This document shows positions 19,382 through 29,494 of a stretch of 64,000 nucleotides of DNA, piece by piece. The stretch comes from Nitrososphaeria archaeon (GTDB taxonomy: Archaea > Thermoproteota > Nitrososphaeria > JACIWG01): positions 196,514-260,513 of the forward strand of contig JARVJP010000009.1 in assembly GCA_029776065.1 (NCBI GenBank), written 5' to 3'. Below the pieces are notes generated by a model. The model saw only the letters and a program-made list of their open reading frames with translations. It did not search any database and was not told the DNA's origin. The position numbers and the translations under genes are program-made. Within the stretch, counting starts at the first letter, position 1; the number at the start of each line of letters is the position of its first letter.

Positions 19382-20497
19382 TTACTCTGTCTCCTCTTTG
19401 ATGATTTTCTGAATTGGTTTTAAGTTAACTCTGATGTTTCTCAATCTATAGTAGTGCGCAGCTTTTACTGAATCTGTTATTATAGATTTTATCCCCTTTT
19501 CTTTAAGCAAAGGTGAAAATATAGGACAGGCATTCTTAAAGAGGAATATCCTCCTTTTATTCAAGGTTTCTTTACCAAACCTCGTTATTAGCTCATTTTG
19601 TGCCCTCTTGTTGCAAGCTATCAAACAGTCCTTTCTAAGATTTCGTTGACCCATTTTACGCACAAAATTTTCAATTTCATTGTGATTCCAATGCGGGCAT
19701 CCTAAAATAATTATTTCACCTGAATTTGCTGTACAAAGTTCGTTAAACTCTTTTTTTATATCTTCTTTTTTAATTGAATATTCATTAGTTAAATATGCTT
19801 TGGTTTTAAAATAAGAAACATTGCCTACTGCACCTAAAGCTCCACAAAAACTTTTTTTCATGATAGAATCCATTTCATTTCTCATCTTTACTGAGAAAGG
19901 TCTATCAACTAGTTTGGAAATATAATATGCATAGATCCCTGCCTCAACCTCGTTCCTAACGTCCTTAAGATCAAATTTCATAACCGTCCTTCTGTTTATT
20001 TGGCTATGTAGCCCCGAATTTATTGTCTCCCCTAATATAGCACTTGCAAGAGCACTTAACGCACTCTCTTTATTAGTGAATATACCTAAAAAAGAATTTG
20101 CATAGACTGCAGCAGAAGACTCTGCCCAAGCAACATGAGAATTTTTAATGGGTATTTGAAAATAATCAAAGGGCGCACAAGTAAAAGAATCAGTCACACC
20201 TAGTCTTAGAAAGGCGTCCATAATTTCCCTTTGCCTCTTTAAGAACTTGTCATTTATCCCAAATATGTTATCGTATATATCTGCCCCCATAGGGTTCACA
20301 GTGGTATAGACAGCAACCTTCCCTTCCTTTAAAATTTCATTTATAAAATACAAACCTTCTTCTCCTATGTTTTCATAAGAAACTCCTGACAGATGTGCAC
20401 TTGAAATTGGTATACGTTCTGATTGGTCATAAAATTTTGAAAGAGCTTTAAAAATTCTTTCAGCTACCTCCTTTGAATACGTCATATCTCTCACCAA
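19382..20497 (-). CDS. Aconitase X catalytic subunit (DUF521), probable phosphomevalonate dehydratase large subunit
   Basis: AHLSGVSY.NIG, TTVNP, FTCAP, AWAESSA, LGCPH, TDSVKAAHY. Confidence 0.88.
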   Translation of the reverse strand: MVRDMTYSKEVAERIFKALSKFYDQSERIPISSAHLSGVSYENIGEEGLYFINEILKEGKVAVYTTVNPMGADIYDNIFGINDKFLKRQREIMDAFLRLGVTDSFTCAPFDYFQIPIKNSHVAWAESSAAVYANSFLGIFTNKESALSALASAILGETINSGLHSQINRRTVMKFDLKDVRNEVEAGIYAYYISKLVDRPFSVKMRNEMDSIMKKSFCGALGAVGNVSYFKTKAYLTNEYSIKKEDIKKEFNELCTANSGEIIILGCPHWNHNEIENFVRKMGQRNLRKDCLIACNKRAQNELITRFGKETLNKRRIFLFKNACPIFSPLLKEKGIKSIITDSVKAAHYYRLRNIRVNLKPIQKIIKEETE

Positions 20498-21777
20498 GTT
20501 TTTGCTCTCCTAAATTCTCCTCTCCTATTGTTTATTGATAATGTAGCATCGAATCCTATTTTTGAAGTAAAGCCTGTTTTAAATGAAGATGGATCTAAAC
20601 TTGAACCCTTCTCGTTATGGTGAACGATTAAGCCTCTATAAGCTTGAAATCGGGTTGCAAGTGCCCATTCAACCACCCTTAAATCAAAGGGGTCTATGTC
20701 TTCATCCACAACAATTATTAATTTAATTGGATGGTTTATTTTAAAGACTTCTTCAATAACTTTTTTCCCGTCATCCTCTTCCTTTTTCTTTATACTAATT
20801 ATACTATGAAAATATGAGCACCCTCCTTCAGTCATGTTAACTTTATTAACTTCTATTCCTTTTTCCCTCAGGTTTAACATCATTTTAATTTCCTGTGGTA
20901 ATCCCATGAAAAGCATGTGTTCTTTGCTAGCAGGTAGTAATGCATGGAAAATAAAATCCTTTTCAGGTCTAAGCATCTTTTCAAAAGATATTATAGGTTC
21001 CTCCCTTACTATATCATAAGTCCCTGTTATGTCTACAAATGGGCCTTCCTCAGCTCTTTCTTTTGTATTGATTTTTCCCAACAATACTAATTCAGTTCCT
21101 TTAGGTACTCTAAGTCCATTTTCCATTTCTACTAATTCCAATCCACCATTCATAAGACTGTTTGCTATCTCGTACTCTGACACACCATAATTTGCAGAGA
21201 GAGCTGCCGCAAGAAATAATATAGGGTGCACACCAAGCAATAAAGCAACGTTTACTTCTCCTTTACTACTTTCTAATATTTTGTGTAGATGTCGAGGTAA
21301 AATACGTATAACTCCTTGTCTTTCGTTTAAAATCATTATTCTATGGATGGATAAATTCTCCTTTCCAGATTCAGGAAATTTACTCACAATTATCGAAGAA
21401 GTTAGGTAATGACCACCATCTCCCTTGTAGTACTTTGGAATAGGAAGTTTACTTAGATCGGGTGTTTTCTCAATCCAACATTTTTTTCTTGTAACCTTTT
21501 CAGGTTTTTTCGGATTCAAAAAAGCATGAATTAAAAAATCAGATAAAAATGTCTGATCTACTTTAAGTGCTTGGCTTAAGGCTTGGCGTGTAGGGCAAAG
21601 ATTACCTATTATTGCAGTATCAGGATAACCTTTTATTTTCTTAAAAAGTACTGGAGTGCTTTGATTTTGATCAAGTATTCTTGGCACTTCAAAATTCTTA
21701 TCCACTTCCTCATCAACTCTCTTTATCTTGTTTTGCACTTCTAATTCTGACAAGTACTCTCTGTAACTGTTGTTCAT
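20491..21777 (-). CDS. UbiD-family decarboxylase, probable anhydromevalonate-phosphate decarboxylase
   Basis: DGGHY, SIHRI, RHL, EGPFVDITGTYD, VVDEDID, WALATRFQ, GSSLDPS; co-oriented with AcnX pair. Confidence 0.88.
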   Translation of the reverse strand: MNNSYREYLSELEVQNKIKRVDEEVDKNFEVPRILDQNQSTPVLFKKIKGYPDTAIIGNLCPTRQALSQALKVDQTFLSDFLIHAFLNPKKPEKVTRKKCWIEKTPDLSKLPIPKYYKGDGGHYLTSSIIVSKFPESGKENLSIHRIMILNERQGVIRILPRHLHKILESSKGEVNVALLLGVHPILFLAAALSANYGVSEYEIANSLMNGGLELVEMENGLRVPKGTELVLLGKINTKERAEEGPFVDITGTYDIVREEPIISFEKMLRPEKDFIFHALLPASKEHMLFMGLPQEIKMMLNLREKGIEVNKVNMTEGGCSYFHSIISIKKKEEDDGKKVIEEVFKINHPIKLIIVVDEDIDPFDLRVVEWALATRFQAYRGLIVHHNEKGSSLDPSSFKTGFTSKIGFDATLSINNRRGEFRRAKTW

Positions 21778-21876
21778 CAGTCTTCCTCTTTGTTGGGTAC
21801 TCTTATTAAAATATAAATTAATTCTGTCTTTTAGAGGACTTTACTTGGCGGATAAATATTAATTTTCTATTTAATA

Positions 21877-23766
21877 ATGATGGCTACATACTTTCCTTAT
21901 GAAAAATATCGTGAAGGTCAGTTAGAGTTAATGGAACATGTTGAATCTTCGATAAAGAGTAGACAGAATTTGGTTATTGAAGCTATGAGTGGATTTGGCA
22001 AAACAGTAACGGTTTTGTCTGCTGCGTTAAATATTGCTGAGAGGTTAAATCTTTCTATTTTGTATTTATGTAGGACGAAAAGAGAAATAGATCGTGTAAT
22101 CGAGGAATCAAAGAAGATACAATCTAAAAGGCACTTCAACTTTTCTTTTATTATCTCTAAACATGATTTTTGTCTACTCTATTCGAATCAAAAGCTTGAT
22201 GCTTTTTCGATCAATACACTTTGTAAGTATTCTATTTTAAATAATCTTTGTAGCTATTGGACTAACTGTAGTTTCCTAGAACAATCTGTTATCTCATCCT
22301 TGTTTTCAAATATAAATAATTTAACTTCATATCTTTCCCAGTCAAAGATACTCCGAGTTTGTCCTTATGAGATCGCAAAACGACGCTTCTTCTCTTCAAA
22401 GCTAGTCATTTTGACATACAACTGCGTTTTTAATGATCCGATTTTTAATCAAACTGAACTATTTGTATCAGAACCTTCCAAGACAATAATCATCTTGGAC
22501 GAGGCTCATAATCTTTTTAGTACAATATCAGATCAATATTCGTTTAAAATAAATGAGATCGACATTGAAAACAGTATTGGGGAGGCCTATCAACTTGGTT
22601 TTATCGATTTAGGAAGACTATTAGAACGGCTGAGCGCACTATACAATAAGATATGTTTCTTAATTGATAAGGTATCTGCTCATGATCGGTCGTTAATAAA
22701 AAACGAGATAAAAAACTTCCCCTTCGAGGGAATCAGTATTTTACACAACCTCCTTTCTAAGTACATAAAGGGGACAGTAACTACATCACTTTCATACACT
22801 CCTTATGTAATCAAAAACTTTGCTAAAATCTATACGTTCCTAAACTATCTACTCTCTTATCTTTCTTATAAGAACATCTTTATGTTGGTTGAAACAAAGA
22901 AAAACTTTCCTACATTATTTTTCATAAATGTAGATCCAACCAATCAAATAGATTCGTTCTTGAAAAGATTTTGGTCTTACATAATGATGTCCGCTACTGT
23001 CGGCTCACCTAAAGTTCATTTTTCTCTCCTTAACATGGACCCTTTGAAAACAAAATTTTACTATGTTGAACCAAATTTTTTATCACAGAATATCTCCGTT
23101 ATAATTGATAAAGGAATAACAACTAAATATAAGCAAAGGAGTCAACAGCTCTTCAGAAAAATTGCTGAAAGAATATATAATGTTTCCAAATGCGTGCCTT
23201 ATAATATTGGTATTTTCTTTTCTTCTTATGCGGTTTTACTGCCCACACTAGAAGTCTTTTCTTCCTTTAAAGTTAATAGGCCAATCTTTAAGGAATCACC
23301 AGATTTGTCCTTAAAAGATGCTAATGAACTTTGTGAAAAATTTAAGGAAAGTAAGGAAAAGGGAGGAATTCTTTTTGGCGTTCAAGGTGGCCGTTTTTCC
23401 GAAGGAGAAAACTTCCTAAATGATGAAATGCGGGCTGTTGTCATCGTAGGCCTTTCTCTTCCCCCTCCAACAAAACGATTATTTATAACAATGAGCTACA
23501 TTAAAAAGAATTACCCTCAAAATGCTTTTCTGGTTGCTATGTTAGACCCTGCTGTAAAAAAGGCTGTTCAAGCGGCGGGTAGAATTACTAGAAGTAATCT
23601 TCCATCTATTGTTTTAATGTTAGATTCACGGTTTGGATCAAGCTTAGTACTTGAAATGCTTCCTAAATGGATGAAAAGAAGGCTTATACTAACTAATCTT
23701 GATGGGTGTTTATTAGAAAGGGCATTTACACAACTTTCTCCCCATTTTTATGAACAATCGAAATAG
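21877..23766 (+). CDS. xpd: XPD/Rad3/DinG-family Fe-S helicase
   Basis: FPYEKYREGQ Q-motif, SGFGKT, Fe-S cysteines, DEAHN, MSAT, GRFSEG, QAAGR. Confidence 0.88.
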   Translation: MMATYFPYEKYREGQLELMEHVESSIKSRQNLVIEAMSGFGKTVTVLSAALNIAERLNLSILYLCRTKREIDRVIEESKKIQSKRHFNFSFIISKHDFCLLYSNQKLDAFSINTLCKYSILNNLCSYWTNCSFLEQSVISSLFSNINNLTSYLSQSKILRVCPYEIAKRRFFSSKLVILTYNCVFNDPIFNQTELFVSEPSKTIIILDEAHNLFSTISDQYSFKINEIDIENSIGEAYQLGFIDLGRLLERLSALYNKICFLIDKVSAHDRSLIKNEIKNFPFEGISILHNLLSKYIKGTVTTSLSYTPYVIKNFAKIYTFLNYLLSYLSYKNIFMLVETKKNFPTLFFINVDPTNQIDSFLKRFWSYIMMSATVGSPKVHFSLLNMDPLKTKFYYVEPNFLSQNISVIIDKGITTKYKQRSQQLFRKIAERIYNVSKCVPYNIGIFFSSYAVLLPTLEVFSSFKVNRPIFKESPDLSLKDANELCEKFKESKEKGGILFGVQGGRFSEGENFLNDEMRAVVIVGLSLPPPTKRLFITMSYIKKNYPQNAFLVAMLDPAVKKAVQAAGRITRSNLPSIVLMLDSRFGSSLVLEMLPKWMKRRLILTNLDGCLLERAFTQLSPHFYEQSK

Positions 23767-24343
23767 CTGAAATCCTATCCTTTTCCTTTCCCTGATTTTT
23801 TTTCATTTTTGCAGAAATAGTTGTTCTCTGTTCATTTACAAAATATATATCGAGGTCTTCAAATCTAGTTTTTAAAACTTTTTTAAGTTCCTCCGCAATT
23901 TTAAGGTTTCCTGACCCTATTTTAACAATCTTTTTACCATTTCCAATTTTACTTAATATTTTTACAATATAAAGTATTGCGTCTTCCCAAGGAGAAATAA
24001 CTTCATTTAATATTAACTTTTTTCCTAAGTAAACCGCAATACCAGTTCTTTTACCAGGATCGACGCCTAAAGATAAACAGCTCTTTTCCTTTCCAAAAAT
24101 TTTTGTAATTATTATAGCAAAGTCGGTTATTGGATCATAGGTAATGTTTTTCGTTTGAATAACTTTTTCATTATTATATTGATCTGATATGATAACATCG
24201 GAATCAGCAACGTCTTCTTCCTTTAAAATTGCATAACTGACATTTCTACTTCTTAAAACTTCTAAGATGTAATAAACTGTTCCATATTCAACCTTATCAA
24301 AGTATATTTTAATACCCAGTGAAGATTTATTTATTCCAACCAT
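23726..24343 (-). CDS. YqgF/RNase H-like fold protein
   Basis: LGVDPGKRTGIA, KIGSG, VNEQRTT, D.ISA..I. Confidence 0.7.
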   Translation of the reverse strand: MVGINKSSLGIKIYFDKVEYGTVYYILEVLRSRNVSYAILKEEDVADSDVIISDQYNNEKVIQTKNITYDPITDFAIIITKIFGKEKSCLSLGVDPGKRTGIAVYLGKKLILNEVISPWEDAILYIVKILSKIGNGKKIVKIGSGNLKIAEELKKVLKTRFEDLDIYFVNEQRTTISAKMKKNQGKEKDRISAISIVHKNGEKVV

Positions 24344-24361
24344 CTACCTCTCTTTACCTCT

Positions 24362-24841
24362 ATGCCAAAAAATCTTCAAACTATAAATATTAATAGTTTA
24401 TTAAAAAATCCTCCAATTACTACCTTAATTATCTATAATGACGATTCAGAAAAGCTACCGTTTATAAATAATATAATCAGATTTTCCTCCACTAAAAAAA
24501 AGCAGATAGTTTATCTCGACGCCTTTTCTATATTTTTAAGCCCAGAAAAAAAACTAGAAAATATGATCGTGATTTTTCCTAACGATATCCCTTTAAACAA
24601 TTTATTTTCAATAATGATGAACCTTTTTAAGGGGTCAATCGTAGTAATAGACTCCTATCCACAAATAATTAACATCTACTTTAGAGAAGAAAACAAGGCA
24701 GATCGATTATTCCTATACTTTCTTTCTAAAATGAAGCATACCCTACATTTACTTATATTGGTAAAAGTTGTTTCTAAAGACAAATTACCCGCATACCCTA
24801 TTTTTAATAAATTTCTTTATGATAAACTTTTGGTTTGTTAA
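24362..24841 (+). CDS. Hypothetical protein, degenerate RecA/KaiC-like fold
   Basis: IVYLD and IVVIDS Walker-B-like strands, no intact Walker A. Confidence 0.45.
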   Translation: MPKNLQTININSLLKNPPITTLIIYNDDSEKLPFINNIIRFSSTKKKQIVYLDAFSIFLSPEKKLENMIVIFPNDIPLNNLFSIMMNLFKGSIVVIDSYPQIINIYFREENKADRLFLYFLSKMKHTLHLLILVKVVSKDKLPAYPIFNKFLYDKLLVC

Positions 24842-24848
24842 AATCCCT

Positions 24849-25256
24849 TTAAATCAAGTATTTCTCGTAAAGGAACCATGTTCCTATTATTGTTGATAAA
24901 ATAAGTAGTATCACACCTGAAATAAAATAAAGACGCGCTGTTCTTTTGTTAAAGTTATTAGCACCTCGATAAAGTAAATAAACGCCAAAACTTCCAAATA
25001 TAAAATTAAAAAAAGCAATTGTGAATTCTGTCCATGTTTGATAGTCTTTGTATGGTGAAAATATCACCGTCGATGGAAGTTTACCTGATTCAAGGATCGT
25101 ATTAACTATTCCACCAAAGTAAATAGCAAAGTAAAGAAATACAATAATAAATAAAAAATTTTTTTTGAGTAGATCGAATTTAAAGGTTCTTCCGATCTTT
25201 ACCCATATCTGTGAAGTTCTAAAGAGCAAACCATCAATTTTTTTCTTTATGTTCAT
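24849..25256 (-). CDS. Three-TM membrane protein, OST3/OST6 (OSTC)-like
   Basis: TM1 ending GG.V..I, loop with QT..E before TM2, TM3. Confidence 0.5.
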   Translation of the reverse strand: MNIKKKIDGLLFRTSQIWVKIGRTFKFDLLKKNFLFIIVFLYFAIYFGGIVNTILESGKLPSTVIFSPYKDYQTWTEFTIAFFNFIFGSFGVYLLYRGANNFNKRTARLYFISGVILLILSTIIGTWFLYEKYLI

Positions 25257-25501
25257 ACGTTTGAACCTTCCATTTTTTCAGTTATTAAGTATTTAGCAAC
25301 CTCCTGCACCCATATACCATTCTCTTCATTTTTGATCAACTTCTCCAAGTATTCTTTCCAATTAAGATTCTCATACGCGTCTTTCCATGTTTGGAAATTC
25401 TTCTCTATATTAAGTAGAGCTAAAAAATGATAATTACAGAAATTATCATGTTTTTCCACTTTTCTTTTACAGATAGCACATATTTTATTATTTTTTTTCA
25501 T
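25253..25501 (-). CDS. Small Zn-binding protein downstream of topA
   Basis: CAIC..FCNYH, W..AY..L.W.EYL, ENG.WV.EVA. Confidence 0.6.
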   Translation of the reverse strand: MKKNNKICAICKRKVEKHDNFCNYHFLALLNIEKNFQTWKDAYENLNWKEYLEKLIKNEENGIWVQEVAKYLITEKMEGSNV

Positions 25502-25507
25502 TTTTAA

Positions 25508-27628
25508 TCACTTTTTTCTGTTACATTTAATATTTGTACATAATTTCCAAGGCCTTCTCTTTCCTTTAACAATTATAATAGGCCATCCACATGTACTGCA
25601 TGTTTTGCCAGTGTTTTGTATGACCCCACTTTGTGGTAAAGGTGAAGATGCGCGACAACCATTTTTGTAGTTTGTACATCCAATAAACCTTTTTCCATTG
25701 TTTTTGTTTCTAATTATTATTAAGTTTCCATCCTTGCATTGAGGACACTTTCCTAAAATACTTTTTTCATAAAAAGTTTCTCTCAAAGCCTGTTCCAAAT
25801 CTTGTCCTACATCTTCTATGTTGAGCATTAAATCATTGATAGCTTGTAAAGTAAAGTAAAAAGTGTCTTCTAAAACTTCATTAAAAATATCGTTTCCATT
25901 CTCAATATCTTCAAGCTTTCTTTCTAGATCTCGAGTTAACTCTGTTGAAATTATCTTATTTGAATATCTAGAAAGTATTTGTATGATTTGAAATCCTAAA
26001 TTAGTTGGAGTTATACTATCTCCCATTATATACCCTCTCTTATAAAGTGTTTCTATAATTTCTGCTCTTGTTGATTTTGTTCCTAAATTTTCTTCTTCCA
26101 TTTTTTCTAATAAACTTCCATAATTATATCTAGGTGGCCTTTTGTTGAATTTTTCATTAACTATAACATTCTCTATTAAGACTTTATCGCCTACTTCTAA
26201 CGGAGGAAGTGCGCGTTCTTCACGTTCAGAATATTTTTCATAAAATACAAGCCATCCTAAATATAAGTTTCTTCCTCCACTAACTTTCCAAAAATATTTA
26301 TTCCCCACTTTAATAGAAAGTTGCATTCTTTCTTTGAACGCATTATCTCCAAAGACAGAAAAAAATCTTCTAACAATTAGATCATAAAGTTTTTTTTGAC
26401 GGCCATCTATCTCAATTGGAGGAATTTCTCCAGTTGGATATATACTTGGGTGAGCTGGATCATACTTCTCTCCTTCCTTTGGCACAAGTTTTGTTTTCAT
26501 CAAAATTGCTGCCTCTTTTTGGTATTCAGTCTGCCTCCCAAGTTCCTTTATTATTTTAAAGTAATTTATAGACGCTGGTAATTTTTGGCTATTTGTTCTT
26601 GGATAAGATATTAAGGCATTTAAGTAAAGTCTTTCTGCTATGCTTAATGTTAAACTGGGTGAAAACCCAAACAATCTAAATGCATCTTTCTGTAAGTCAC
26701 CTATGTTGAAAGGCGTCGGTGGAACGATTTGTACAGTCATCTTCCTTAATTGATCCACAACTCCCTCTTTGCCTTCGTTTTCTTCTTTAATTAGTAAAGC
26801 CTCTGATTGTGTATCGATTTTATCTTTTAAATATTCAGCATAGAATTTTCCATTGCTGGAATTGACGAATGCTTTCACCGTCCAATAAGGTTTTGTGACA
26901 AAAGACCTAATTTCAATTTCTCGGTCCACAATAAATTTTAACGTTGGCCCTTGGACTCGTCCAGTACTTATTGCTCTAACATTATTAGTTGAATGCTGTA
27001 AAGCAGAAAGTAGAACCCTTGAAAGATTAATTCCCCATATGTAATCAATTATATGTCTAGTTACTCCTGCTCTAACCAAACTAAAATCAACTCCTACTTT
27101 AAGGTGATCAAAAGCGTTAGAAACTTCCTCTTTTGTTAAAGTAGAGAATTTTGCTCTAAATACTTTCGAAGACTCAGCTTTACAACCATATCTTAATATG
27201 TTGTGCCCTATAACGCTTCCTTCAACGTCATAGTCACATGCATTTACGAATTTGCCAGCATTATTTGAAAGTGTCAATATCGCCTTTATTTTATTTGAAA
27301 TGTAATTCTTCCTCTTTTCTAGAACGTTTAAAGGATACCATGTCAAGTCAAAAATCGGAAAAACATCCCTCTTTTCTCTCGTCGTACCCAAGTTATATAA
27401 ATGGCCAACTGCTGAGCAAATAATATACTCCTCAGAGCCTCTTTTAACACGATGCACCGGGGAGTTCAATATATTAAAAGTGGTCACTTTCTCTCCAAGT
27501 GCATTAGCTATCCTTTTTGCCGCATCAGCTTTTTCACAAATCACTAAAGTGTACTTGGAAACACTATTTGCTTTTTTTGTCAAATAAGTAAAGTCCTTAT
27601 AATATTCCTTATAAAGAGTTTTATTCAA
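25508..27628 (-). CDS. topA: Type IA DNA topoisomerase
   Basis: CEK, GHL, ACDYDVEG, STGRVQGPTL, ISYPRT, LGTKSTRA, C-terminal Zn ribbons. Confidence 0.96.
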   Translation of the reverse strand: MNKTLYKEYYKDFTYLTKKANSVSKYTLVICEKADAAKRIANALGEKVTTFNILNSPVHRVKRGSEEYIICSAVGHLYNLGTTREKRDVFPIFDLTWYPLNVLEKRKNYISNKIKAILTLSNNAGKFVNACDYDVEGSVIGHNILRYGCKAESSKVFRAKFSTLTKEEVSNAFDHLKVGVDFSLVRAGVTRHIIDYIWGINLSRVLLSALQHSTNNVRAISTGRVQGPTLKFIVDREIEIRSFVTKPYWTVKAFVNSSNGKFYAEYLKDKIDTQSEALLIKEENEGKEGVVDQLRKMTVQIVPPTPFNIGDLQKDAFRLFGFSPSLTLSIAERLYLNALISYPRTNSQKLPASINYFKIIKELGRQTEYQKEAAILMKTKLVPKEGEKYDPAHPSIYPTGEIPPIEIDGRQKKLYDLIVRRFFSVFGDNAFKERMQLSIKVGNKYFWKVSGGRNLYLGWLVFYEKYSEREERALPPLEVGDKVLIENVIVNEKFNKRPPRYNYGSLLEKMEEENLGTKSTRAEIIETLYKRGYIMGDSITPTNLGFQIIQILSRYSNKIISTELTRDLERKLEDIENGNDIFNEVLEDTFYFTLQAINDLMLNIEDVGQDLEQALRETFYEKSILGKCPQCKDGNLIIIRNKNNGKRFIGCTNYKNGCRASSPLPQSGVIQNTGKTCSTCGWPIIIVKGKRRPWKLCTNIKCNRKK

Positions 27629-27925
27629 GTCTTTCTTAACCTATTTAAGTTGATCGAGATAACTTGTCAAAATTGTAAACATAAAATATATTATAATGAA
27701 AATCTTAAATCTATTTATTCTATATTAAGATTATACAACTTTCAATGCCCTAACTGCAAATCCAAGTTATTAAAAGAATATCAAGTAGCTGTGTCCAAAG
27801 GAAAGGAGACTTGAACTTCCTTAATTAAAGCACAAAGCCTTCCCATAAAATCTAACCTTTAAAATTAATTTTAAATGTTTATAAAATAACAAAAAAACTT
27901 ATTTGACTGCTAAAAGAATCTTCGT

Positions 27926-28336
27926 TTGAGGAACATGTCAAGTTATATTGTCCCTGAAGATTTGAGGTATAGTAAAGACCATGAATGGGTTCGAATTGAA
28001 GGCAGTATTGCAATTGTTGGAATAACAGATTACGCTGTAAAATCATTACATGACATTGTCTACGTGTCGTTACCAAAAATTGGTTCTACAATTCCAAAAG
28101 GACTTGTCGCTGCTACAGTTGAATCAATCAAAGCAGTATCCGAAGTGTACAATCCAATAAGTGGAACAGTCATAGAAGTGAATAAGGATTTAGAAACTAG
28201 TCCAGAGAAAATTAACGAGTCCCCATATGAAGCAGGATGGTTGTTTAAATTAAATCCAACCAATCTTAAAGAGGACATTGAAAAATTATTTTCTTCCAAG
28301 CAATACTTAGAATACTTGTCATCTTTAAAAAAGTGA
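27926..28336 (+). CDS. gcvH: Glycine cleavage system H protein (lipoyl carrier)
   Basis: YSKDHEW, VGITDYA, VESIKAVS, INESPYEAGW. Confidence 0.93.
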   Translation: MRNMSSYIVPEDLRYSKDHEWVRIEGSIAIVGITDYAVKSLHDIVYVSLPKIGSTIPKGLVAATVESIKAVSEVYNPISGTVIEVNKDLETSPEKINESPYEAGWLFKLNPTNLKEDIEKLFSSKQYLEYLSSLKK

Positions 28337-28350
28337 CCCTTCAAAAAGTG

Positions 28351-28637
28351 AACATAGGCCGGCTATAACCCTTCTTTGGTGTTGATGGCATTCGACTATG
28401 CGGCCTACCCGGGCTTCGAGTAAAGGCACATCGCCCTATTTGGCCTTGCTCCGCGTGGGTCGGCCGTTTCACCCAAATGCTAGACATACTCAAAGATTAT
28501 CATAGACATCTGTCTAGACTGGTATCGTTTCTGTTCCGTTGCCAACGGTCTCCCATTGTGCTTCTCAGCACCACGCTTTTACTAGGAGGAAGGAGTTTCC
28601 ATAGGATTTCTCCCATAACCATCTGCCGGCGTATGTT
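28351..28637 (-). ncRNA. rnpB: RNase P RNA
   Basis: P1 AACAUA.GCCGGC/GCCGGC.UAUGUU, P4 GGAAACUCCUUC/GAAGGGUUAUA, conserved ACAGAAACG, GUGAAACGGC, GGAGCAAG. Confidence 0.92.
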
Positions 28638-28663
28638 CGATTATAGTTTTTAAATATCCCTTT

Positions 28664-29203
28664 TTAACTTTTTTCTCTTTGACTTTTTAAGAAATCGTTT
28701 TGAATTTGAACTACTTCTTTGGAACTACTCGCCATGGAATATGCTTCTAGCAACTCTTGATTTAGTTTTAATGAATTAAGTCCCCAAGAAAATATCTTTA
28801 GCAACTTTTGGGCTTCATCCTTAAATCCTATTATAAATAATGAAAAAGCTAAAGCCTCTACTGTACTTAGTTTAGTAGGCGTACCATAATTTATAGGGTT
28901 GCCTGCTACTAAATAAGGTAAAGAACGAGGCTCATACCTTTGACAGTAATTACTTAGCTTTTCCTCAGATATCTTTTTCCAACTTCCATCAAGAGCAACT
29001 ATTCCCTTTCGTTCTATAATTTTTCTATCCTCTTTGGATAGTGCCTTTTTAACATAAGGATTTAGAAATACAGCTCCATAACTTTTTCTATCTCTTTCAC
29101 TTATAAATTTTGCTAACTTAAATCTTCTCAACTTACTAGAGGTACACTTTTTTGGATCACACTCCCTTAAATGTATGATATATATGTTGACTGAGGCCAT
29201 CAT
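28664..29203 (-). CDS. tsr3: rRNA aminocarboxypropyltransferase Tsr3
   Basis: CDPKKCT, LDGSW, LPYLVAGNPINYG..KLSTVEA. Confidence 0.93.
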   Translation of the reverse strand: MMASVNIYIIHLRECDPKKCTSSKLRRFKLAKFISERDRKSYGAVFLNPYVKKALSKEDRKIIERKGIVALDGSWKKISEEKLSNYCQRYEPRSLPYLVAGNPINYGTPTKLSTVEALAFSLFIIGFKDEAQKLLKIFSWGLNSLKLNQELLEAYSMASSSKEVVQIQNDFLKSQREKS

Positions 29204-29260
29204 GTTATTTAAAATAGAAAAGTTTAATATTCCTTTTGTTTTTATAATATACGAATAAAA

Positions 29261-29494
29261 ATGCCATTGGCCTTTGTATTAATAAATGCGGATTTGGGGA
29301 CAGAGGAAGAATTAATTAAAGAACTTAAAAAAATAGAAGAAGTAAAAGAGGTCTATGTGGTTTATGGTGTCTATGACATTATTGCAAAAATTCAAGCAGA
29401 CACTATGGATAAAGTGAAGGACACAATAACTTGGAAGATCAGACGACTTGACAAAGTACGTTCAACACTTACGATGATTGTTGTCGAAGAATAA
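29261..29494 (+). CDS. Lrp/AsnC ligand-binding domain protein (no HTH)
   Basis: AFVLIN..G.E, VYGVYDII.KI, IR.L..VRSTLTMIV. Confidence 0.88.
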   Translation: MPLAFVLINADLGTEEELIKELKKIEEVKEVYVVYGVYDIIAKIQADTMDKVKDTITWKIRRLDKVRSTLTMIVVEE

